In this document: positions 1 to 12,000 of the stretch, piece after piece
Layout: each line of letters starts with the position of its first letter
How positions within the stretch are numbered: the first letter of the stretch is position 1
Assembly: GCA_018656555.1 (NCBI GenBank)
Contig: JABHZQ010000024.1
Span: forward strand, 4,577 to 68,576
Direction of reading: 5' to 3'
From: an archaeon
Lineage (GTDB): Archaea; Nanobdellota; Nanobdellia; SCGC-AAA011-G17; GW2011-AR17
DNA: 64,000 bases
Program-made: the position numbers and the translations under genes
The notes under the pieces: model-generated
What the model was told of the DNA's origin: nothing
Database searches by the model: none
What the model saw: only the letters and a program-made list of their open reading frames with translations

Positions 1-3000
1 GTAGATCAATCAGGAAATGAGTTACCTTTCTATCTAGAAGGAGATACAAATTTATGGGTAAAAACAGATCTAACAGCAAATATTAACACTTCAATATTTG
101 TATACTATGGTAATCCTTCTGCAGCTCCCTCAAGTAATGGTGATGATGTATTCCTCCTCTTTGATGATTTTAACTCTGGAACACTAGATGAAACTAAATG
201 GAATGTAACAGTGAATGGTAATGGAAATGTAACAGTTAATCATCAACAAGCAGAAATTGATGATGGAAGTAATACTGGAGCAAAACTTAGATCCTATGCA
301 AATGTTTCACATGGAGTTTTGGAATCAAGATTAAAATGGACAGATAGTTATGAATTAGATTTAGATATGTCTTATGGATGGAATGGTACTATAGCTGGAA
401 GAATGGGCATGGATCTTCAAGCTTGGGAATCTCCTCATGGAGTGTATAATGGGACAACTTGGACAAATGGAACTAAATATCTTTCAAATACCTATAAAGA
501 TCTTAAATTAATAAGTGCAGTAGGAAACCAAACAAGTATTTATGATGGAGAAATTGTACAGGGATTTAATACCACAGTAAACTTAGATCCAGTTCCAATA
601 TATTTTAATATGGGCAATAATCTTCCAACATTAATCCTAGATTATGTAAGAGTAAGAGAATTTGCATCAACAGAACCTAGTTTTACATTCAATACTCAAC
701 AAAATAGTTCAACCTATCTAACAGTTAATGGAGAATATAATTACACTCTAACTGCTCCTTCAGATGGAGGATCCTACACTATTAAAGTAAATACTTCAGT
801 GAGTGGAATCTATGGACAAAATTCACAAGTATTAACAGTCTACCAAATTCCAACAGTAGACACAGTTTCTTTCTTTAATAGGGGTTGGATGAAAAACCTA
901 ACAATACAAGCAAACATAACTGATGATAATTTAGATAAGGTTAATTTCACAATCACAAGAATCTCCGATAACACTAAACTTATAGATAACCAAGCAGGAA
1001 CAAACCTAGCAAACGCATGGAACTCAACATCTACAAACATAACAGATTGTACAGAACACAATTACACAATATTTGCTTATGATACTGATAACTTCAACAC
1101 AACCTCAACTGGTAACATAACTTTTTTATGTATGACTGTTAATCTAAATCCTTCAAGTCTAAATCTTAATGATTCATTTGATATAACTGGATATACAAAC
1201 CTGACTAATGGTACTGTGGTTACTGATGCAGCTATTTTCGTACACTATGATGAAAATTCTTATGGATCAAGTGGGTGGTGGAATTCTAGTTGGGAATATA
1301 GAACAAATCTTACTGTAGACACGGGTTATGCACCAAGAGGTAATAACTCAGTTACAAAGATGATAATTAATTTCACACAGCTTATGTCTGATAATTCAAT
1401 TACTGGTAATTTTGATCCAAATTCAATAAGAGTAACAGATAGTAATGGCAATTTAGTAGACTCTGAGATTACAAGATGGTTTGGTGTAAACAGAACTGGA
1501 ATGCTAAGATGGAAGATGTCAACTAGAGATACAATTACAAAAGAAACCAATTATTCATACTATTTATACTTTGATACTTTTACAAATGGAGTAAAACAAC
1601 CAGCAAATGCAAGTCTGCCAAAAGAGTTTTTCATTTGTTCAGCAGCAGATGCTGGAAATGATCATTACTATGCCTACTCAACATACAATAGATCACTACC
1701 TAGTACTTGGACAAAATGGGATCCAGAAAGTAGTAATCAAAAAGATGAGTCTACTATTGCTGATTTTGACAATGATGGAGATTTAGATATTGTTTATACC
1801 TCCGACAATGCAAATTCAGCCTATGTCTATTCCAATGATGGAGATGCAAGTTGGAGCTTCACATTAGCCCAGACAATTACAAGTATTGATGGAGATTGGA
1901 ATGGTATTTGTGAAGGAGACTTTAATGAAGATGGTTGGTTAGATCTGGTTATCAATGAAGATGATTGTGTATTAAGATATTATGAAAATGATGGAGATGG
2001 AACTTTTACTTATGTTTCAAGTCCAGGAGATTGTGGAGGAGAAGCAAGAAAGATTGCTTGTGGAGAAATAGATGGAGATAATAATGTGGATATTGTGGCT
2101 GGAGCATATAGCAATGGTTGTTTATATTTAATTAAAGGAGATGGAGATGGAACTTTTACAGACAGTGGATGTATTTCTGATTCACAAGGAGATGGAGATG
2201 ATCAACATGGTGTATGGATTGTTGATGCAGACCTTGATGGAGATATGGATGTTTATGGACAATCAAGTAGTTCCTATTCTGATTACTTTGAAAATAAAGG
2301 AGATGGAACCTTTGAAAATGGGGTAAGACAGACAGATGGAGGAATAGTTGATTCAAGTCCTATTCAAAACCAATGGGGTTCTGGTACTGTAGGAGATTAT
2401 GATCATGATGGTTCAATGGATATAATTGAAGGGAGTTGGACTTCTGGAACTTCTTATATGGCAGTATATTGGGGGGATAATAGTTTATCTAATATATACA
2501 ATAATGGAAATCCAAGTGATAAAGATGCAGTAGCTGGTATGGTAGATTATTCCATGTTTTGTGGAGGGGCAGACTTCCTACAAGATATAAAAGTTTGGGC
2601 TGAAAACAATTCTGAAAGTCCAGCAGTAATTTTAAACTCTTCTGGTTGGTATGAAGGATCTTTTACTGCACCTTCAGCAGGTGGACCATATAATGTAAAG
2701 TTAAACACAACTTACCAAGGAATCTATGGAGAAAACTCTCAAACCCTAACAGTATATCAAGCACCAACAATAGAGACAGTAGCTTTTTTTAACAAGTTAG
2801 AGAATCAAAACCTAACAATTCAAGTAAACATAACAGATGATAATATACAAAATGTAAATTTCACAATCACAAAAATCTCAGATAATACTAAAATTATAGA
2901 TAACCAAGCAGGAACAAACATCTCAGATTCATGGAACTCCACTCGGGCAAAACTAGATGGTTGTACAGATCATAACTATACTATATTTGCCTATGATAAA

Positions 3001-6000
3001 GATAATTTTAATGCAACAGAATCAGGAAACCTAACTTTAATCTGTATGACACTTAATGTAAATCCTTCTCCAGCCCAACTTGAAAATACTATATTAATTT
3101 CAGGTTACCTTAATTATACAAACAGTTCAATGACTACCGGAGCAGGAGTAAATGTATTTGTTGATGGAACTTTACAAGCTGGTTTAGGGAATGGAAGTGA
3201 TGGAGCTTTAACAGTAACTGCAGCAGAAACAATAATCAATAATTATACTCATTTAACTGGAAATGAAACTTCTGGAAATACATCAATAGCTGTAGGAGAT
3301 TCAAGTGAATTTGCAGCAAATGATGAAGTATTAATCATCCAAATGCAAAATGCTTCTGGTGGAAATTTTGGGGTATATGAATTTGCAAGAATCTCCTCAG
3401 TAGAGGCTACTAGAGTAAATTTCACAAAACCATTGAATAACAGTTACTATTCTGGAAGATTTAACACAACTTATTCAACAGTAAGTCAAATAGTAAAGGT
3501 ACCCCAATATACTAATGTAACAATAGATGATGGGGCAACAATTACAGCAAAATTATGGGATAGGTGGAGTGGAGGGATTGTAGTTTTCAAAGCAACAGAT
3601 GGTGTGAATATAACTGGAAGTGTTGATGCAGAAGGAAAAGGATTTAGGGGAGGAGAAGCAAGACAGGCTGGAGCAGGTAATGGAACAGCAGGAGAATCTT
3701 ATTATGGTTTAGGTATTGCAACAGCAGATCCTAATGAGGCTGGTGGGGGAGGAGGAGCAGGAAGAGATGCTTGTAGTCAAAATTGTGGTGCTGGGGGAGG
3801 AGGAGGTTATGGAACAGCCGGAACAGTAGGAATTGGAAGTGGAAATTTGCAACCTGGAGATCCTGGTGCGAATTATAATATACCTAATTTAGATAGTTTA
3901 ATTTTTGGTTCTGCTGGTGGGGGGGGAGGCTCAGGATGGAGTGGAAGTGGTTGTGCAAATCATAGGGGGGGACATGGTGGAGGAATAGTATTTATTTCAG
4001 CTCAAGAGATCTTAGTTTCAGGAAACTTAACTGTTGCAGGAAAATTTTATGGAACTGGTTGGCATGGTGGATGTTGTGATTGTGCTGCATCTGGTTCTGG
4101 AGCAGGAGGAACAGTATATCTAAGATCTTCAGTAATGGATTTCTCAAATGGTATTGTCAATGCAAGTGGAGGAAATGGTGTAAACTCTACTGCTGCAGGT
4201 TATAAACATGAACAAGGAGGAAATGGAGGAGTAGGAAGAATAAGGTTAGATGTTACAACTCTATCTGGTACAACTCATCCAGGTTCTGGTTATAATGGTA
4301 CTTTTGCAACAACTGTAGTAAATGAGAGTGGATATTATGACTATAATTTAAGTGCATTTTCAGAGGGGGGAGTTTACACAATAAAAGTTAATACTACTCA
4401 TTCTGGAATATATTCAGAAAAGACTGAAGCATTAACAGTATACCAATCCCCATCAATACAAACTGTATCTTTCCTTAATAGAATCTGGGGCCAAAATATA
4501 ACAATACAAGTAAATCTAACTGATGACAATTTAGATAAATCAAATTTCACAATCACAAGAATCTCAGATAACATCAAAGTATTAGATAACCAAGCAGGAA
4601 CAAACCTATCTAACTCTTGGAACTCAACATCTACAAACATAACAGATTGTACAGAACATAATTACTCAATATATGCCTATGATAAAGACAACTTCAATGC
4701 AACTTCCTCCGGAAATATAACTTTTATGTGTATAGATATAAATTTTAATACTACCATCATAGCAATTAATGATTCATTTGAAAGTTATGGGACTGTAAAT
4801 TTAACAAATGGAACTAATGTAGCAAACACAGATGTGGATATATACATAAATCTAACAAAACAATCAACCTCAACACCTGCAAACTGGGATAATCTTAATT
4901 TTACTTACAGATTACCAATAAATCTAACTCAACCAAATACCTTTTCAAGTGGAAGAACACAAGAACACATATTACTAAATCTTACTTTAGCTGAAAGTAG
5001 GTTAAGAAATGAATCTGGTCCATCATTCTATTGTAATGGAACTCAAATGCCTTACGAAGGATACGCAATAAATATTACAGATGGATGGGTAACTCAACTA
5101 CAAGCTTTAGTAGAAATTAACTTTTCACAATATGATAACAAATCCTGTTATCTTTATTATGATACTGGATATAATGGAACAAATCCAACTATGAGAAGAA
5201 CTGGTTGGCATTATGTATCAGATGGAGATCAAGGTGGTGCTAATCCTCCTGCAGACTTGACTCCAGCAAATATTGATTGTAATAGTAATGATGCAAATGG
5301 AGAATGGACAGTCTACCCTTGTACAGGTTCAACAAGTGACACATATACTGTAAATGAATGGTGTTATTTCAAAGGTCAAGTTACTGGAACACAAACTTTC
5401 TGGAGACAGTCAGATGATGCTTCTTATTTGATAATTGATGGAACAACAGTAACTAGTGGGCCTTGTTGTGGGGCAACTACTGGAACTTATACTACTGCAA
5501 CTGGAAGATTTTATAACATGGAAACTGACTGGACAGAAGGAGGAGGAGGAGAATATGTTTACTTGGCTCATGCTGGTTCAAATTCAAATGATATAGACAC
5601 TGAATGTTATCCTTATTATGGTGATGAATGGACAATAGATATAACTAATAGTAGTGAAGAATCAAAAGGTAATCCTGCGCAAACAAATGCTACTGGCCAA
5701 TATAGTCACACCTTAACATCCCCCTCTTCAACTGGAGAGTATCCTGTTAAATTTAACACTACATATAGTGGGATTTATGGAGAGAGAACAGTAAGTAGTA
5801 CAGTAAAAGCAAGACCAAGTGTTACATTAACAAGTCCAATAAATGCAAACTACTCTGTAATATTAGAGAGTATTAAATTCAACTGTACAGTAACAGATAC
5901 AGATGGAGATTTAAGTAATATTACTCTCTATCATGATCTAAGTGGAACTTGGGCTAGTGATGGCACTGCAAGTGTTACTGGTTCCTCAAACTCAACAGTC

Positions 6001-9000
6001 TTCACAAGAGATGTAAGAGATTATATTGGATACAAGTTCACAGATTCAAGATACACTTGGAATTGTAAAGCAACCGATGAATTTAACTTAGATTCCCAGG
6101 CTTCAACAAATGTAACTTTTGGTTCTTGGAATGTAGGGAATTATTCTGATACATTACTAAATGTCTCTAGTGGGTACCTAGGACTAGATGATTCAGATTC
6201 AATACAAGAACTAAATAGTACTTGGTTTAACTTAAGTGGAAATGGTCTATTGTTGCACATGAATGAAGCTTCTGGAACAATAATTGACTCTTCTGGAAAT
6301 GGTAATGATGGTTCAGACTCAGGGGGAATAAATTATAGTGCTGAAGGTAAATTAAACACTGCTATTGGATTTGATGGAGATAATGATTATATTAATATAG
6401 GAGACATAACAGATTTTGATGATCTATCTGAACTAACTCTTAGTGCATGGTTTTATCTTGAAGGTAATTCTTCCACATCCACCCCTGGAGGGATAATTGA
6501 CAAATTTGATGTTTCCGGAGATGAAAGAAATATTTTATTCACTGAAACTGGAGGAAATCTTAGAATTAGTGTTGGTGAAACTGGAGGAGTAGGAGATTAT
6601 TGTTATGTTATCACACCACTAAAATTAAATAGGTGGTATCATGGTGCTGCGACATTTGATTCAGGAGATTGTAGTCTTTATTTAGATGGGGCTTTGACTG
6701 GATCTGCAAGTGCACCAGAAGGAGAAACTACCACTGGTTCAAATTCAGCCCCTTTAAGAATTGGTAGTTCAAATGATTTTGCAGGTTCAGGTTCAGGTTA
6801 TTTCAATGGTTCTATAGATGAAGTAGCAGTTTGGACTAGAACATTATCAGCTAATGAAATTACTGAATTGTACAATAGACAAAAAGGAACATACCTATCA
6901 AGAGGAAACTACACTTCAAGAGTCTTTGATGCAGGAAGACCGGCTATGTGGAAAAATATGACTTGGGATGAAAATGCTCCTTATTATGAAGAACTTCCAG
7001 ATAATCAAGAAGTAGAAACAGCAACTGGTGGAGTAAATATGACTGGTAATGTTCTTCTAATGCATTTTAATAATGATAGTACTTATGGAGAGAATAACAC
7101 TAATGCTTTTGATTTTAGTGGAAATAAAATTAATGGTACACTAGGAAATCTTAGTCAGAATACTATTCCCTCTTGGACTAGTTCTGGAAAGCTATTTGGT
7201 GCTTTAGATTTTGATGGAGAGGATTATGTGTCATTTGGAGATAGCTTAGATAGTACTACAACTGGAGAAGATAAGAAATTTAGTTATTCAGTATGGATAA
7301 AGCCTGAGTCTCCTCTATCTACTTGTTTTATTATTGGGAAAGTTGCAGATAGTAGTTGTAGTGAAAGCCAAAGACAGTATTTTTTGAGGCTTTCTTCATC
7401 AGGTGTACTAGACTTTTTATGGTATGGGGCCCTAGATGCATCTTCATATAGGGGAGTTAAGGGAACAACATATATAACTGATCTTTCAAAATGGCACCAT
7501 GTTGTAGTAAATTATGATGGATCTATTGATACAAATGATGGATTAGATAGAGTAGAAATTTATCTAGATGGTGTTGAAGAATCAAAGGAGCTTTGGCTTT
7601 CTTCAGGATCCTTGTTGGGAATTCAAGATAGTACAGCTCATTTAGGTATTGGTAAGGCATTAGATCCTTCAGGATCAGCTTGTGGAGGAACCAACTTTTT
7701 TAACGGAACAATAGATGAAGTAGCAATTTGGAACAGAACACTATCAGAAGAAGAAATTCTAAACATCTACAAAAGAGGAGCTCTAAGATTAAACTTCTCA
7801 GCAAGATCTTGTGATGATACAATTTGTGATACAGAACTCTTAGTTCCTTTTGGAAGCAATGTATCTTACACAAACATATCTCTACTAAACAACACACAAT
7901 ACTTCCAATATCAATTAAATTACCAAGCAGATGGCACAGATTTCAGTCCAGAAATATCAATGGATTCAGTAGTTGTGGCTTATGAACCAATAAACAATCC
8001 GCCAAATGTAACTAATGTAACTCTAACTTCAACTTCAAGCTTGAACTATTCAAATGGAACCCTAATTACTGCTTGGGCAATACAAGATCCTGAAGGTGAT
8101 ACAGAAACAGACAATGAAACAAGATGGTGGGTAGATGGAATTTTAAATACTACATTCACAAACAATTCAAGAATAGAAGCTGCAAATATAACTAAAGGAG
8201 AAGTCTGGAACTTCTCAGTAAGAATTTATGATGGAGGTTACTGGAGTGATTGGAGTGAAAACATATCCTTAACAACAGTAAACGCACCACCAAGTATTTC
8301 CTTAAATGATCCAACAGATGGAGAAAAACTATATAGGAATACCTCTCCAACATTAAACATTTCAATTTCAGATGCAGATTCAGATAGTGTAGATGTAACT
8401 TTCCTAAATTCCACACTAAACAACACCATATGTGATCTAGACAATGTAAATTCAACAGTAACTTGTACTTGGAGTGGACTAACAGCAAACCAAGTATACT
8501 CTTGGCTAGCAAATGCAACAGATGGAGAAGATACAGTAGTAAGTCCAGTATGGAACTTTACTCCCAACGATGAACCTGGAGTTAACAACATGAGAGCGGA
8601 TTTCATAAACACCTCTTCAGTATTATTCAAATGGCAAAACCAAGCAGATATGCAGTGGGTTTCATTAAGAGTTGGAAGCGAAATAATGGAAATAAGAAGT
8701 ATAACTAGTGTTGAAGATAACTGGACTGTAAATAATATCTATCCAAATCAAGACTACACTTTTGAATGGCAAGTAGGTGATAGCCTATTAGCAATGAGTG
8801 ATTACCACAATTTCACAATAAAAACAATAGGCTGGAATGCTGAACTAGCTAATTATAGTTACAGAAGACTATTTACAGTAAACTCTTCAGAAATAGCATC
8901 AGACCAAGATAATTTTGCAGTAAACATAAGTCTAACAGAAGATGGTTTCCAATATTATGATTCAGCTAATTGGGTATGGTATCCTTCATTTGGAAGATTA

Positions 9001-12000
9001 AACTACACAAATAAAAATGACATAAGATTCGTTGATTACTATGACTCAAAATATCTACAGTTTAATGTCTCATATTGGAATGTTCCAGGAGAGGGTTGTC
9101 TTTACCAACAAACAGGACCAAATGAAACAGCTTACAGTGGAGATTTCATAGAGGTTTACAAAGCTAATGATTCAGATTGGGACACACAAACAACACCTTC
9201 ACCAACAGGAACTTTCCTATACAACTATACAATACCAACAGGAGCAAAAACATCAAGTAAATATAGAATTTATGATGGGGGTTGGGGTTGGGACTTAACT
9301 CTGCCAAGTAGTTGTTATGGTGGAGATAAACTACAATTCAAATCAGTAGCAGATTACAACATACCTGCAGTAGATACTTATTGTTGGAACCAATCAAGTG
9401 ATGAATGGGCTAAATTCAGAAACAATGGAAATGTTTCAGCTTATATTTATGAAACAATGATGACTTGGCAATATGATTGTCAAGCCTATATATCTGTAAT
9501 CCCTGAACATTATGATGATGAAACTCAAACAAACATAGCCGGACTTGATGGAGATTATGATGTTAAGTTCTGGATGTATTATGGTAATACTGGAGATGTT
9601 AACAACGAAACATATTTCAACCAATCTGGAACAGAACAGGATTCATATAGTTTTGGAGCTGAAATAGAACAAGTTCTTGGGGCACCAACTATATCCAATG
9701 TTAATATCACAAAAGGAAGAACAACAACAGGAACAAACATTAGTTGGGCAATAGACCAATCAGTAGATAATAGAGTAAGATATGCAACAAACCTCTGGAT
9801 GTTGGATTCAGTTTGGACTTATAAAATAAGAAATAATAGTGAAACTTTTGAACACTTATATGGAGATCAAAATAACACCATATTATTAATACCTCATGCT
9901 AGTCAGTATGTAGAAACATTAAATGTAACTTGTAGTAATTCAACTTTTAGTCCTAATTATACAATAAACACTACTGCAAATCCTGTGTCGATTGTATTCA
10001 ATGATATAAATATAGCCGAGTATTTCAATTGGACAGTAAATTACACTTGGAATAAGTCTTGGATAAGAAATGCAAGAAATGCCGAATTCCAATTAGAAAG
10101 TTTAGCAACAAACACAACCTATTACTATGAAATAAATGCTTATGGTCAAAATGGAAACTCAACAACTACTGGAAATTTCACACTAGGAAATCTTTCCTCA
10201 ACACCAACTTTAGAAATATTAAATTACACGGAAGATCGTCCAAATAAACAATTAACTATTTGTGCAAATCTAAGCAATATGAGTGATAGCCCAAGAATTA
10301 ATAGTTCAATTCAATATTGGAATACATCCTCGACGACATTCATGGAAACAACATCCACAGAACTAAGTGCAATAGGCACATTCTGTAAAACAATAACTGT
10401 TGAGTATGATACAAATAATACCTTTAGAGCAAAAGGAGTAGGTACAACAACAGGATATAGTGATTCATACAATAATGAATATCTAGCAATACAACCTTTC
10501 TTTGCAGGAAGTTATGTTGAAGATGACAATGATGATAGAGATAGACAATTTTGCCCTAATGGACCAAATATACTTCCTTGTTATGAACAAAAAGGTTACC
10601 TAGAAGGTTCTTTACAAGAAGAGGATTGGATCTGGATAGAGTCTAATTTTACTGAATATGGAATACTGAAAGCAAATTGGTGGGATGGTTCAACTTGGAC
10701 AGAATACAATTTAACTAATGATACAGATTCAGATATGCAGTACTTAAAATTAACTGGATTAGATGGAGAGTTCCATACTTTCTACATAACTAACCAAACA
10801 GATGATTTAATCTTAAATTGGACTAAACCAGGAAGAATACATTTGAATAATCAAAATAGAACAGAAGAATACAAGTATGTAGGATTCAATGGTTCAAAAA
10901 CAGCAATCAATTACTCATTACTTTACATGGATGCTATTTATTACAATTCAAGTGCATATCAATGGTGTATGGCTTCTCCAGGTGGAAATTTATATGATTG
11001 TATGTCTGTTGAATATTTTGGGGGAGGAACTGAAAGTGGGTTAACAGAAATAAATGGTGGAACAGCATATGATAGGGGTAGATTATTCAGAGGCGGAATA
11101 ACAAATGGAGAGATGAACGATACTGGAGTATTAACACCAGAAAGAAGATCCTTTGATAATACTGGAGAGGGTTATAGATTCTGCTTTGCATACACAGCTT
11201 ATTGGTGGAACCAATCTATAGTACCTGACAATAACATAACTAATTATTATTATAGATACTGGTCTCAAGATGATTGGTGGTCAAACTACTTTGGCTATAC
11301 TCAATCTAAAAGATTTGATTATATAAATTTATTCAGCTGGGCTTACGATGAATTATCATATACAAGAGATTGGACTGAAGTAGATGACACAAGAGTCTCT
11401 ACAGAAACAGCAGTCCTAAATACATTAAATTCAACATTTAATTCACAATATAATCAAAGTTTAGTAGTTGGCTACTTAAATGATTTTGAATTTGATACTG
11501 GAGATGACAATATATACAACTTTGGATTCTACACTGATGGTAGATGGACAAATCAGCAATTTGGAAAATACCAACAAGCATTTGTAATATTCAACCTACC
11601 AGACAACACTACTTTGTTAGGGATGGACACTGATGGAGATTCATTAAATGATTATGAAGAATTATTTACTTATTATACAAATCCAATGAGTAATGATACT
11701 GATGAAGATGGAAGATTAGATGCAGATGAAATTAATTTAAGTTACGATGCAAATCTCTACACTCTATCAAACACAGCTCCAAATCTAACTGCAATGACAT
11801 TTAATGCAAGTATTTATTATTCAGCTACATCAATGGCATTTAATTCAACATACACAGATTATGATGGAGATTCAGCAACAGTATACTTAATTTGGTTTAA
11901 GAATGGTGTAAATATATACAATAGAACATATTCTAATGTTGCTAATGGCACATTAATAGAATCCACATTACAATATCCAAACTTTACTAGGGCTGATCAA

